Shown here: in pieces, positions 37,419 to 50,832 of the stretch
How positions within the stretch are numbered: position 1 is the stretch's first letter
Layout: every line of letters starts with the position of its first letter
Assembly (NCBI GenBank): GCA_013265495.1
Contig: MU058221.1
Span: forward strand, 1,116,001-1,180,000
Direction of reading: 5' to 3'
DNA from: Vicugna vicugna
Lineage: Eukaryota
DNA length: 64,000 nucleotides
The notes under the pieces: generated by a model
The model's database searches: none
What the model was told of the DNA's origin: nothing
The model's input: the letters and a program-made list of their open reading frames with translations, nothing else
Made by a program: the position numbers and the translations under genes

Positions 37419-40400
37419 AAGATAGTGCATACACACCAGGAGTAAGATCTCTCTCATTTCAATCAGGAGTCAGCGTAAACTGGCACATGGAACCTATTTC
37501 TTGCTGACTTCTCTGCAGTCGTTGTGATAAAGAGAGAACTCTAGATGTCCTCTTGTCCCTTTGCCTGACCCAAACACAGCAACCTTCCTGAACACATCAG
37601 GATTAATTTTTTATAAATTTTATCCTGTTACGTTTGTCTCAGGAGATCTCTCTCACTCCCAGGTAACATCTTACACGTTTCACTTTTGTCCTCATATGTC
37701 TTTCTACACCTACTAGTGTTTCCTTCTCTATCCTTCCTCAAATCCTAAAACCATTCCCCTAGGTCTTCTGAAATTCATAATCTACTGTCAGCTACAGAGC
37801 TCGTACCTTCACCATGTATTCTATATATTTCTTTCCAAGTTTCCACTAATGAAAATCTGAACCTTCCCCTAAGGATCTTGGTTACCCCTATTTACCATAG
37901 ATCTTATTTCAATGGATTTGGAATGAGGTCTTCATGCCAGTGACCTCCTTGTTTCTTAATCATCTCCAAGTTCAAACCATTCCCTTTTCCTCCTTCAATA
38001 ATGAAAAAGGAGGAGGAGGAGAAAGAGAAACAGAACTACATCTCATCTCAGGAGATTAGATCGCACCGCATCCTTCACTGTTGCCGTTTCGCACTGCTCT
38101 CAGATTAAAACTTGAGTTAATGTGATCAGATATGTTATCCATACTTTGCGAAATTATGGAGAAACCAAGATGTATTGTTTTTAAACATTCTTCATATACT
38201 CTTATAACCTGCTTTTCTCACATAATAATAAACCATAATAACGTTCCCTACATCATGAATTTTAATGGCTGTATATTATTATATTATATGGAATTACATT
38301 TATCTATTTAATAATTTCCTGTTGTTTTTCCCCATTTTATTATTAAAATACTGCTATTAAAATAAAAAATAAGCATATTGCAGATTATATTCTTTGATTT
38401 CAGAGAACTTGATAAGTCTAGAATAAAGTTAATTTTTCTGTATTTGTTTAAAGAATAGAATTAAAGAATAAATATTTATATATTGAATTGTACTCCACAA
38501 CTTGCCTTTTTAATTCTCATGGTTTACTTATTAAAAAAAATTATACTTTAGACCCCAAAGGAGACTTCAATGAATTTTTTAAAAGGAGAAATATTTGAGG
38601 CTACATTCCATGGTTAGTATATATCCAACTCAAACTATGGTTAGAAAAAAAAAAAAAGGAGTTTGGGAAAAAAATAGCCAAAGCAAAATTAAAAAAGAAA
38701 AAAATTCAATTAAATGATTCCTGGTTCTAAGTGTTAATAAAAACCATAATTATGGAAGCCTTAAAAAATAACAAAAATGAAAATGTCATGTATCAACACC
38801 TATCGTATTGACCATGAGTAGAGAAATAAATAAAATTATGAACAAGGCAGTTTGTTTAAGGAGTTAAAAAGAAAAGCATAAAATAAAGTTACGGAAAGCA
38901 GAAGTTTCCCAGGGGTGCAAAGATCCAGACACCAGACTTGCTTGAGCTTGGAATTTTGTAATTTATAGTTAAGACAAAGTAAAAAAAAAAAAATTGTTTC
39001 ATTTAAAATCATTTGGCTTATTTCAGACGCTTTAATAAATATTATGCTTTTCATAGACTCTGCCAAATGGCCCAGATAGGCCATCACAATTTTAAACTGC
39101 AAAGCGTTACAGTGTTACAGGAAACGTGCTGCAGTTTATTGTGTTAGAATCTCCTGGTTGTCTGCAGCAATGTTTTAGGATGACTTGCAAATGAATAAAC
39201 AAGCACCACATGCCCTAGAGAGTGAACATCCAAGGAAAAACTTCTGCAGCACCTTGTAAAGCAGAATCATCCAGTCCTTCCTGGATTCCTGTCTCCCTGT
39301 TGGTGGTCTGGAAGCAAGATGAAAGCAGATGAAATGTTTACTACCAGAAAGGGTGCCTCCGCGGTCCTCACGGGGGAATTGTAAGCTTAGCCCCGTGATC
39401 TCGCCTTTAGTCTTTTTAACGATTCTTAGCCACAGACTTTCTGCAGTAACATCTTTTTCTTCCTCTCTCTGCTTGAGCCTTGAGGAGCCTAGTGCAATCT
39501 TGATTTTTTTTTTCTTTTTAGCCTTTTATTAAACTTAAGCCTAGAAATAAGGGAGAGCTGAAGGAAAAGGATTAGAGAGGTTTATTCAACACTGCCAGAG
39601 AAAGGAAATCCCTGCCTGACTGCCGGGTGTATTCAACGCCTGATTTTGCAATTGCATAAAACGATCACTGGCTTTGCATCTATGTCAGTTACACCTAGTG
39701 CTGGAGAAAACGATTTAACCAGCGGCCAAGTTCAATGTCATTCAAGAACTCCAATTAGTTGAGAGGTGTGTTCCTTTTCCAAGAGATGCTGCAGCGAGCC
39801 GTCTAGGTGTTATTTCAGTGTCTCATTAAAGATCATTAACATGAGCGTATTTTAGAGGCATTTATGGGTTTAGGGAGGGTACTGTTCAGACATGTTTGTT
39901 TATGAAAAGTGTTTTGTATTAAAAATGTTACGAGTGCAGCGTTTTTCATAACCAGAAGTTATTTTTCAGTGTTACAAGCAGATTAGGTAACATTTCTGCT
40001 TGCCTTTCAAAGGTTCCCAATTTTTATAACACAGAGATTGCTGTTTCCTGTTCCATTAATAACAATCACAGGCAGATGTTGTTTTATCCAATTCTTACTT
40101 CTTGCCAGGGAGAAAAAAAAAAGACACAAATGTTAAACTGAGATTCCGAAGCCTCCACAACACACTTTCTTCTTTTCTTCTGCTTCTTTCTTCTATTCTA
40201 TTGTTGATATTAACCATAAATAAACTGGTTTTAAAATACGAGATTTGTAAACATCGTAATGGATTGCTTATCATGTTTGGGAAAGCATTGCTTCCAGACT
40301 CACGTTTTCCATCCTTTCTTTCTTGATTAATGCGAAAGCTCATTGACTCACCTCTCCACGAGCCTCATTTGGTTTTTGGATAAGCCATACAATTTTGTTG

Positions 40401-40529
40401 TATAAGCTTACTTTACCCGACAAATTACCATCAACCAACAAACACCATCAGAGTAAGGAGCTGGTCTTCTTAAATATTTCCAAATCGTCCTAATTCAGCA
40501 CTCAACCTAGGTGGGGAATTCTATACAAC

Positions 40530-40689
40530 TTGTCATTTCCTTGGTTACTCTTCAGAATGAATGTATTTCCATAAGACATCTGTTTATTCATAATCCTTCT
40601 CTTAGTGTTCCTTAGTAATTGTATCTCCTTTATTAAACATTTTTACCCACGCATTTTTGTTACAGTATTAACCTTCTGCGGGTATATAG
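40530..40689 (+). repeat. ~160-bp direct repeat, copy 1
   Basis: About 95% identical to 43268-43426 by manual alignment. Confidence 0.95.
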
Positions 40690-41249
40690 ATGAACCACTT
40701 TTTCTGAACTGTCCAGTTAAAAATTAATAACAAAATAAGATTTTAATGTATGATCATGAGGAAGAAGCGTATGTGTGTTATTTTACTGTGTTCATATAAC
40801 CAGCACTTAGTAAGTTAATTCCACACGCCAGATACAGGGCTGAGTGGCCCAGGTGTGGAGAGAAGTATCATGGAGCAAAGAGCTCGAAGGGCTGACTGTC
40901 TGGTGCAGGAGAGGAATGAGTAAATCCATCAGGATAAAGCATAACACATGCTAAAGTTGAGCAAAACATGGAATGAGATAGAAATTCAGATGAGTGATTC
41001 TCAGCCAAGGAAGAGTAAGGTTGAGGGTAAGTTTCGGGCCATTTCCTCATAAAAGAAGATACAAAGCTAAATCTTGAAAAACAGAATGTGGCCAAGGGGA
41101 ACATTGGGGGCAGGATATTCTAGGCAAAGAAAACAAGATCTGCCAAATCCGATAAGGGCATGAGGCAGATAAAGAGCTGAAGGGTATTTTACAGTGTTTG
41201 TATGGGAACATTAAGGAAAAAGTTTGGGAAGACTATAAGCAAATGATTA

Positions 41250-42700
41250 ATAACTAAAACAATATTAAAGAGTTAGCATTTCATTATAAAGGCAAGAAGA
41301 GAGATAACGTGGAATCAGACACAAAAGAAGCAGAAAACCAGTAATTAAATGACAGTCATAAGCCATAACATTACAATAATCAGTTTCAGCATAAAAGACA
41401 TACAAATAACAAAGCCAGACGTTGGAAACTTTGGGGAAAAAAAATCACAACCCAATTCTGTTTTGTTTACCGGAAGCCCAATTCAAATTTACCATCATAG
41501 GAAACTTGAAAGCAAAAGGATAGAAGATATATGCCGTGCCAATATTAAAAGAAAAAGTGGCAGTGGCTAATTGAGTGTCACATACAATACTTAAAAGAAA
41601 ATTACTAGAGACAAAGACAGGCATTGTGTAACAACAACAACAAGTTTCACCCACTAAGAAGACACAAGGATTCTATTTGTTCCCCAAACAACACACTTTC
41701 AAAATACATGAAGCAGAAACCAACAGAGCTAAAGAACAAGCCGACAAACCCACCATAATACTAGCTCATGACTTCACTGCGCCACCCTCGGCCAAGGATA
41801 GAACTGTAACAAAGGGTTACAAGGATGCAGAAGGTCTGAACTATGCAACTCAGAGGTTCTAAGTGATGTTTATAGAACGCTCTATGAAAGGGCGTTAGGA
41901 CACACATTTTCTTTCAAGCAGCATAGAATAATCACAAAGATAAACCATATCCTGGTTTAAAACATAAAACAATCATCAAGAAATTAAAATAACTAAAATA
42001 ATGCAGTGTATAGTCTCTGATTTTGGAGGAATCAAAATAGAAATCAAAGCAGAAAAAGAAAACAAAAAAATTAAACCTTGAAAATTAAACACACTGTGAA
42101 ATAATCCACAGGGTGAAGAGTCACTCTCAAAGTAAATTAAAAATAGAGGGGGAGATGAAAAGGACAGGTAGGAGATTAAAGGATGCAGGATGCAACTAGA
42201 TCCACGCTGAGACAGAAAGTTTAATATTAAATGCTTATATTAAAAAAGGAAAGTTTGCAAATTAGCCGTGTAGGGAACCTGTCTGAAGTCACGATGAAAC
42301 GACAGCTATTTCATTTAATTTTATTTTAAACAAAAGAAAGCAGAAAAAAGGAAGTAATAAGGAAAGGCCAAAAATCAAATAAATTAAGAAAAAGAAATTA
42401 ATAGAGAAAATCAATGACACAAAGCAGGCTTTTTTCAAAAAACAATTAATACAACTGATAAATCTCTAGCAAAGCTGAAAATATTTAAAACCATTTTTCC
42501 TGCTGTATAATTCTGTTTTATAACATCATCAAAGTGGCAGACGATAGTGATGGAGAAGAGATTAGTGGTGGCAAGCAGGTAGGAACAGGGGAGGGGAGGG
42601 GTGTGGGCATGTTTATAAAAGGGCGACATGACGGAGCCTGGGGTGATGGGAAGCTCTTGTATTTTGATCTGATCTTCCCATCCATGTGTGTCATCTTCAG
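41250..42700 (+). mobile_element. Old L1 (L1MC/MD-like) ORF2 endonuclease region + 3'UTR piece
   Basis: Endonuclease-like segments (LESKRIEDICRAN; 'aatcacaaagataaaccatatcctgg'). A 3'UTR-like piece 'gatggagaagagattagtggtggcaagc' follows after 42480. Confidence 0.75.
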
Positions 42701-43120
42701 TTTCTCTCATCAGTGTTGATCAAATAACAGTGGCATAGGTTTATATGCGATACAACGTCAGAGACGGTTGGCAGACATTCATTCTATTTTTGAATGAACA
42801 CAAACTTCACTCTGAGAAGTAGAACGTGTATTTCCATGTACAGAAAACAATTTAAAAATCGATTTATTTTAAATATGTATGTATTGATAAGTAAGTTTAT
42901 GTATTTCAATGTTCTCATGATTGTCCACCCATATATTCTAAAATTATTTCATTAAAGTTGAGTATTTGTACATGTTTTTACTTCACAGAAGGGAAATTGC
43001 TTTATCAAAAGACACACTTTAAGCAGGACTTTGAATATACTGTTCAGTTGTTCCTTCCTCTGTAAAATATGGAGGTTGCTGCCTTCCAAGTCCTTGCAGT
43101 AGCTGGAGGGCTGGGATTCC

Positions 43121-43233
43121 CTTTCTTTTCCTTCTTCCTCCCTTTCCCTCCTTCCCTGCCTCCCTCCTTCTCTCCATCATCACTCTTTCTCTCTCTCACT
43201 CTCTCTCTCTCCCTCCTTCTCTCTTTCTTTTTT
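43121..43233. repeat. CT-rich low-complexity tract
   Basis: Directly visible. Confidence 0.85.
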
Positions 43234-43267
43234 GTCAATGCAATTAGAACACGATTCACATTTTAAA

Positions 43268-43426
43268 TTGCCATTTCCTTGATTACCCTTCAGAATGAAT
43301 GTACTTCCATAAGACATCTGTTTATTCATAATCCTTCTTTTAGTGTTCCTTAGTAATTGTATCTCCTTTATTAAACATTTTTACCCACGCATTTTTTGTT
43401 AGTATTAACCTTCTGCAGGTATATAG
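43268..43426 (+). repeat. ~160-bp direct repeat, copy 2
   Basis: About 95% identical to 40530-40689. Confidence 0.95.
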
Positions 43427-43699
43427 CAAATGTCCCAAGAAAAATCTTCAGCTGGAATCCAGGGGGTCTTTTGTGACCTAAGCTACTGTTGTCACTTTTG
43501 TGACCTCAGCAATGTAATGTCAATGTGATTGTTGTCATAGTTGTCCTGGAATCTCCTCCAAAGTGAGGCAGCAGTGAATCAGGTGCTTCCACTTGAGCAC
43601 TTGCTTGACACTTCCTCAGAGATCATCAACCAGGAATCTATTTTTTATAATTTTATAGTAAGGCATTTATGTTGCAACATTCATTTCTTATGATAGAAA

Positions 43700-43900
43700 T
43701 TGAGTGGACGTAGGCTAGATTATTTGAATTTATTTCCAACTCAGCACACTACTGTATTAGTGACAGTGGAAAACTTACTCTTCTAGTCTTAGCTTCCATG
43801 GTTGTAATAGTAAAAGCTACCTCATAATGTTACTGGAGAATTAAAAGTGTTGAAATATGGAAACATTTTCAGAATGGTATCAGAAAACAGCACAAACGAA
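43700..43900 (+). mobile_element. MIR fragment
   Basis: 'gtgacagtggaaaacttact...ctacctcataatgttactggagaattaaa'. Confidence 0.45.
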
Positions 43901-44119
43901 GTGAAGCAAGTTTAGCACATTTCCGTATATTAGACCTCTGCGCAAGTGTCAGGTATCTGCGATTATATCGCAAGTTTCTAGAGGGAAGAGACCATATTTC
44001 TTGTAATTTTGTGACTCCAGAATGACTAACATATATTTTATGCTCCGTTCTTTCTATACATGAAGTAGAGATTTTGCCAAGCTCACTGTCTCATAAATAG
44101 ATCATAGCTCAACTGTCTG

Positions 44120-44322
44120 TTTCTCAGAAAGTCCCTTCCCAAAGCAAACACTCTGACACATTACTCTGTGCTTTTATCATATGTATCACAGTTTTATCCC
44201 TTTCTTTACATATTTATTAGACATTCTAACTCTGTGAGATCTGGACTTTGATGTGTTCCTAGCATCTAGCTGAGTATCTGACACATAGAAGGTCTGTAGT
44301 GAATATTTGTTGAAGAAGTGAA
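44120..44322 (+). mobile_element. L2 3'-end fragment
   Basis: 'cctagcatctagctgagtatctgacacatagaagg...gaatatttgttgaagaagtgaa'. Confidence 0.6.
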
Positions 44323-45998
44323 GGTGAGATTAATTTTGCCTTTGTGGTTTCAGAAGCATATATTTTTCAGGATACATTGTTACGACTTCTCATCTATTAA
44401 AAAGTCACTTATCTATCTCAATGAATCTGTTTGACCCTGCTCAATATAGATTTTGATTTTTCAATTAATTTTTAGATAAAATGTCTTTAAGAAGTGTTAC
44501 AGTCATGTTGTAAGGATTATTTTTAGTCCGTGTCTCTTATGCATTAGTATTTCATGCAGAACTTGATCATGACTGGAAAGTTAACCTCTTCTTTTAGGCA
44601 TCGACTTTCAAACATTTTGGGATTTGAAACACTTTAATGAAAACTTTTGTGATTAAACTATGCTAGGGCAGGATTCCAACAGAACCTGTTGCAAAAACAC
44701 TGAAATTGAACACAAGTGCTACAATAATAGTATTTTTCAAAACTCTTTAACATTTTTCTGGGTGACACTCTCTCTTACATGCATAAAGCCTTTTGACAGT
44801 TCATTTCCACAAATATCATATGATTAATGTATCATGTTACTTTATCTTATACTTATTTTGAGCAAAAGTAGACCCTGCATACTATAGGAAAAAAAGGTAT
44901 GACTGAAAGAGAAAGGGATTTTTTTTTCTATAAAAAATCAGTTATTCTCACTAAAATGCCATTCCGTTTCTAGCAAGTTAGCTCCAAGGTAAACTTCTGC
45001 TTCTTACAAGTCATATGAAGAGAAATAAGCAACATGGGATTCGGGGAAAAATGCTGGACATACAGGGGGCATCCTGAGCGTATCTGCTAAGTATGTTGCT
45101 TATTAAGATGAGGCGGTTATCAGGATGAGAACCGCTGCTCACTGAGGTCCTGAAAGACTTGCTCACCAGCCCAGAGCGGGGATGGAGCCAAACTTGGTTA
45201 GCTTCTGGCCCAGAGCACGATGGACTACATCCTGGCTCTTCTTCAGTTCAGACGAAAGGAGTTGTGTTCTTGCCTTTATACACGGTGCTAAGAACCAGAA
45301 ACAGAGCTGTCAACATAAAGATTCCTGCTCTCACTCAGCTTAAAGCATAACTGTAATTAAAAACTTGAAGTAATAAGACCATTAATCACAATACATTAAT
45401 TATTTACTCACTTTTGAGTGGGATCTTCTTAAATAAATTAAATTGAGCTCAACAACCCTGCTGTTTCTATCATTAGAATATTAAAAAATCTTAAACTAAA
45501 AAAAATGAACTTATGCATGGAAAATAAGCTATTCAAAAGGATAACTCATGGCCAATTTCAGTTCAGATTAAGAAGTAAAAAGTCACATTAAAAATGGGAC
45601 AGTATTTCTTCTCTTCTTTTAAAGGCCAACCGTCTAAAAACTCTCATGCTTATTACAGACCAGAATGAGACATCTGTCTAAATACCTCCTTTTTTCCTAA
45701 CCGAATACAGTGGTATGTCTGTGCATGCACACTTTTGTGTATCTGTTTTACTATAAATTGCAAGTAAGTAAGTTTGATGCAGCCTCTCTGCTTGTGAATC
45801 TCAAACTCTGAAAAGGTAAATGGATAGGGAAGAAGTTACTTAATAAATATATGAGGTAAATTCAAGGATTAAGAAAATAAAAATAAAACAGAAAGAGAAG
45901 AATGAGTCCTAACAGCCCAGGAGACGGTAAGAATTGGTGAGCGTAAACGGAGGGTTGTAGGTGCTGAAGTCAGAATAGAGCCTCTCGTTGAGCCTACC

Positions 45999-46547
45999 TG
46001 TTGCAGAAAAAGGGGGCACAAGAGGGTGGTCCCGTCCCAGGTCTCAGGCGAGCCCCTGGGGTGGAAGGGGCCTGCCAAGTGAGGGTCCTTGGCTTTGAGG
46101 AGGAAAGGATTCAAGAGTGAGCCGCAGTGAAGTGAAAGCAAGATTGTTTAGAGAAATAAACATTCTATAGACAGAATACAGTCCTGTCTCAGAAGGAGGG
46201 GTGGCCCCCGGGTGTGGAGTGGCCAGTCTTGTGGGCGGGGTGACTTCACAGGCTAACAAGTGGGAGGATTACTCCAGCTGTTTTGGGGAGGGGGTGGGGG
46301 CTTCTAGGAACTGGGCCCCTGCCTCCTTTTTGGCATTTTATGGCCACCTGGGAACTGTCATGGCACCTGTGGCTACGCCCTTTATCCCGCGAGTGCCTTA
46401 CAAGGAGCCTACAGTGAGGCTCAGAGTCAACTGGATGTTGAATCTTCTGCCAGACTGGGCCTAGCTGGTTCTAACCCATTTATGTCCTATCCTCAATGTT
46501 TGTGTCATTCTTTCAATGGCTGCCCCCATCCCCTTCCTTCCCGTCTC
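45999..46547 (-). mobile_element. Solo LTR (ERV1-like), copy A
   Basis: Begins 'tgttgcagaaaaagggg', contains 'ggattcaagagtgagcc...gtgaaagcaagattgttt' (antisense polyA region) and ends 'cccgtctc'. Confidence 0.8.
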
Positions 46548-46667
46548 TAATTATAAAATCATTTTTATAAAAATATATATAACAATAACCCCCCAAAAGA
46601 CAAAATACTAGTCCCAGTTTTAATCAAGGAAAATTTCCTACTAAATATTTTATATTTCATATGTAAA

Positions 46668-47163
46668 TGATACAGGAAAATGGGGCATGGGAGGATGGCC
46701 ATGTCCCAGGTCCCCACTGAGTTCCTGGGATGTGCCCTGCCAAGAGAGAGTCCTCGGCTTCAAGCAGGAAAAAATTCAAGAGTGAACCCTAATAGGGTGA
46801 AAGTAAATTTAGAGAGGTGCACACTCCACAGACAGAGTGCGGGCCGTCTCCAAAGGCAGGAGAGAGAGCGACCATGAGGTGCAGGGCAGTTAGGTTTTAT
46901 GGGCTCAGTAACTTCATGTGCTAACAAACAGGAGGATTATTCTAACTATTCTGGGGAAGGGGCTGGGATGCCCAGGAATTGGGCCGTCTCCCACTTTGTG
47001 ACATTTTATGATCAGCCTCAGAATTGTCATGGCGCCTGTGGGCGTGTCATTTACCATGTTGATAAATTACAATGAGCATATAATGAAGCTCAAGGCCATC
47101 TTGGTGCTAATTGCTGTGTCATTCTTTTAATAGTTGTGCCCTGCCCCCCGCCCTCCTGTCTCG
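46668..47163 (-). mobile_element. Solo LTR (ERV1-like), copy B, related to copy A
   Basis: Begins 'tgatacaggaaaatgggg' and shares blocks with copy A (ttcaagagtga, gctaacaa..ggaggatta, tgtgtcattcttt). Ends 'cctgtctcg'. Flanks are tgtaaa and tgtaga. Confidence 0.8.
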
Positions 47164-48068
47164 TGTAGATCAGTTTGGACAAACTACCTGAACATTGGCT
47201 TTAACCATTTAAACAAGATCAGCTGTTTAATAATACGAAGACTCACCTCTCCTGGTCGGTTGTCTACATTTCAATTCAGAAGAGTATGTCTCTGCTCCGT
47301 CAAAACAATTGTTTCCGCTCCTATGACCAGTCCGCTGAAGTATGTGGCCCGCCTTTCTGTACTCACTGGCGGTGAGCAACGCACAGGAATGAGAGCAGCT
47401 GAGCTCATGTCATACACCAAGTGCCACATGTCAGCAGTTTTGTGAAGTTTGCCCATTTGTTCTTAAAAGCAGACCCATGGAGACTTAGTGTTAAAATGGA
47501 AATGCAAGACTTAAAGAGGTTAAGCGAGTGGTGACGTAAGTTGCCTAAGGCAAATGGTTCCTTATTATTATTGGTATAATTTGTGTCCTTATTATTACTG
47601 GAGGCAAATGGCTCCTAAGTGGCACAGCCTGGGTCCTCGGACTGCACCCCACTAACACGGCATCACCGAACACCCACAGAGAACGAGGAGGGAGAAAGGC
47701 CAGCATGGTGCAGTGCCTCCTGGGAAACAAAATTAGCATGGAACAAACATGTTACTGTCAGAGCGCGAGTGGAGAATAGGTAGAATTTTTAGAGACAAGA
47801 GGGAACAAGGAGGATTTCAGACAGATAAAGCCCAGCAGGCAGAGGAAAGCGCTGGGCCAATTTAAAAATTAAAATTAGCTCAAGGTAGCGGTCATCCAAA
47901 TTGAACTAGATCAAAGAAATATGCAGTGAAGGAAAGAAAACAAAGACAGCAATGAAGAGTAAGTCTGCAGTGGGTAAAGCACAGTAGAAACAGTAAGTGG
48001 ACAGAAAAACCAACTTGGATTCGAAAAGCAGGTTTAGCACCCCCACCAAGCTCTCTCCCTAAGAGACG

Positions 48069-48485
48069 TGTAATTGAGCGGGGCCCTACGGAGCCTTCCC
48101 GGGGCAGACCCCCCCCATATCCTTTGCTTTACCTCCTCCCTGAAGGACCCAGGTGACTCTAACGGACACACATTTCCTGAGTTGTTTTACAGACGTGAAA
48201 CCCCATACCAAATGGGAGATGTTAACCTTCCGATGGCCACGGATACATATCCCCCAGGCTTAAGGGTGGATATTGTTAACCCCCGAGACGCCGCCCTGTT
48301 ACAGCACCATCAACGGACCAAGGAATTGTGCACGAGCTGAACGTACACCCTGGGATGCTCCTTCCTCACTTAATCTTGTATTGTCGCGTTTAAAATAAAG
48401 CTGCACTTCCCTTCATCACAACCAGTGTCAGTAGAACGGGCTTTACTGTGTACCAGTGAGTGGACCCACGTTTGGTTCTGGAACA
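48069..48485 (+). mobile_element. Solo LTR (ERV1-like)
   Basis: TGTAA...AACA ends; 'aaataaagctgcactt' polyA region; U5-like 'gagtggacccacgtttggttctggaaca'. Confidence 0.75.
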
Positions 48486-48589
48486 GAAATCCCTGGCTTG
48501 CCCCGAAATATTTTATTGTATTTATGGGGTCAGTGGAAGCAGGTGGGGAAGAGTGTAATAGCCATTCTTCCCCCAAGACTGAGAGACGT

Positions 48590-49198
48590 TGTATAATGAT
48601 AAAAAGTATTTACTGCAAATTCAGAGAAAAAAAAAAAAACGCAGGAAAAACACTTAACATCCTTTATGGGACATAAAAGTTCAATAGAATGACCTCGATA
48701 AATTAAGAGGAGAAAGGCAAGAGCAGAGAACAATAGAGGTGAAGAAGAGGAAAAGTCAGGAGGTAAAAAACTCCCCAGAACATGCTAGGAAGTGGGACTC
48801 ACAAAAAAAAGCATTTTCAAGAAAATAAAACACAATAGCAAAATTGTAAAATACATTGGAGACAGTACATTTTTTTAAAAGTTGCTCTCAAAAATCAAAT
48901 AGAAACATGGAGGACAAAAAAGAGTCTCTACAGAATATAAAAACATGGAATTACATCAAGAAAAATGAAGCTGAGGCAGGTGAAAAGGGAAGGGCTCAGA
49001 GCCACCACTGACAAGTGCAGAGTTTCTAAAGAACAGAGGAGCAACTAGAGGGAAATAATTTAAGAGCTAGATACGAGAAAATATTTTCTGAGTTGAAGTA
49101 AACTTATTTATGTCCACTGCAAGGGTTTATAATGTTTCAGGCAACTTACGACAAATGCTGCAAGAAACCTAGTGTTTCCGTTTTCTTTTCTTTGGTTT

Positions 49199-49284
<86 letters not shown>

Positions 49285-49344
49285 TTTTTTTTTTTTTTTT
49301 TTTCTTTTTTTACCATTCTTTCTTTCTTTCTTTCTTTCTTTTTT

Positions 49345-49380
<36 letters not shown>

Positions 49381-49640
49381 TTTGTGGTTTTTATTGTTGA
49401 TAATGAGGGTGCTGGAAAAACAAATTAAGATCCGAAGCGCACTGAAACTCTTAAAAACAGAGGTTAAAGTCCACACATAATTCAAATTAAATTGACTTCG
49501 TACCAGCAATAAAAGCCAAGAGAATGGAGAACCACTTGGGTAGGGGGGCGTGTTTAGAGAACTTTACACCAAAGCGAGTTAAATTGTTGATCTCATGGGT
49601 GGCAACCAGAAAAATATTCTCAAATAAGGAATGACTCATC
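48590..49640 (+). mobile_element. Ancient L1/HAL1 ORF1-like fragments, split by a (TTTC)n tract
   Basis: A-rich ORF1-like phrases ('gagaaaatattttctgagttgaag'). Confidence 0.45.
49180..49383. repeat. (TTTC)n microsatellite with an internal poly-T run
   Basis: Directly visible. Confidence 0.95.
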
Positions 49641-49821
49641 AGTAGGACTTATTCAGCCTTGAATAGAGTCACAGGAACGTGTATGAGAAAGAGCTGAAAG
49701 ATAAGTGAAGCCTGTTTGCTCACATTGCCACACCATGCTCTAAACAAGTGTGGCAGGGAATTCTAGAAACAGTGGAGAGAAGAGACCAAACTTACACAAC
49801 TTACTGTAAAAATGAATATAA

Positions 49822-50038
49822 ATATTAAGGACTGCATGTCTTCACCCCCATGCCGCGTATTTAGATGTTGAAGCCATAAGCCCCAGTGTGATGGTCTTTG
49901 GAGATGAGCATTGGGGTCTCTTTCTCTCTCTGATCTTGGACTTCCAGCTTCCAGAACTGTGGGAAAAACTATCATACTTGTTGTTTCTTCAAACCTGTGC
50001 ATAATATTTTGTTAAGGCAGTTCAAGCTAACGAAGACA
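49822..50038 (+). mobile_element. MLT1A-like MaLR LTR, internally deleted
   Basis: 'atgttgaagccataagccccagtgtgatggtctttggagatg' and 'tgatcttggacttccagcttccagaactgtg...gctaacgaagaca'. Confidence 0.8.
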
Positions 50039-50219
50039 AACGTCAACCTCATTTTATGGAAAAAATAATATTCTGGGCAACATGTGAATAACACTCATCT
50101 GAAAATAAAAGAACTGTAAGTCTTCGGTACCTGCAAACAAGTGCATGGAGAAAGGATGACAATTAAATTCATGAAAATGAAGGGGTGGTGTGGTTGTGCC
50201 AGAGCACCAGACAGCTAGA

Positions 50220-50832
50220 TGTGAGCAGAGGAAGGGGGACACAGACACATGGCAGGACCTGGGCAGGAAGGAGGGGCCCAGGCCAAATGCAGGAAACCAC
50301 ACATCATGTGAGCACCAGGGGTCCCTGGGCAGAGGAAGGAAAGCAGGAACCTCTGGGCTGACAAGGGGCCACACCTTTTGGGGTGACGAGCAGTCTGGAG
50401 TCTGACAAAGAAAGGAGGGGAAAGGCAGGGATCTCCAGTGTCCAAATGTGACCTTTTGCTCATTATGCCCTCATTTCAATAAAATCAGCCTTGCAGATCA
50501 AAAGTACCCATCATGCACTGGTGCCGTGAGACTTCCGATCCAGACTAAATAAGGACAAAAGTCCCTCCTCCCTTTGGGAAGGTGCAGTTGGGATGAAAAT
50601 CAGGGAATATGACCCCAAACCCTTCCCTCCCCAGTGAATATCCCACCCATTCATTTTACACCCTATGTGACCAACTTGCCAAAGAAACTCAGGGCAGCCG
50701 CTCCCCTGAGCCTGCTCGCTCTCCCCTTGAGCGTGCCCTATCCATCCCTTAATAAATCCTCACTTTAGTGTCTCTGAATTCTTTCTGGGATGGGACGAGA
50801 ACCTGAAACACCAGCTGGATCCACCAGCAGCA
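50220..50832 (+). mobile_element. Solo LTR (ERV1-like)
   Basis: R/U5-like 'cttaataaatcctcactt...tctctgaattctttctgggatgggacgagaacc...gcagca'. The 5' boundary is uncertain (50220 or 50384). Confidence 0.7.

Noticed and set aside
40530..43426. LTR retroelement bounded by the 160-bp repeats
   Set aside because: No TG..CA ends, TSD, PBS or PPT, and the interior is old L1 and unique DNA.
49108..49509. KKER-rich and FFLS-rich ORFs
   Set aside because: These are translations of the (TTTC)n microsatellite.
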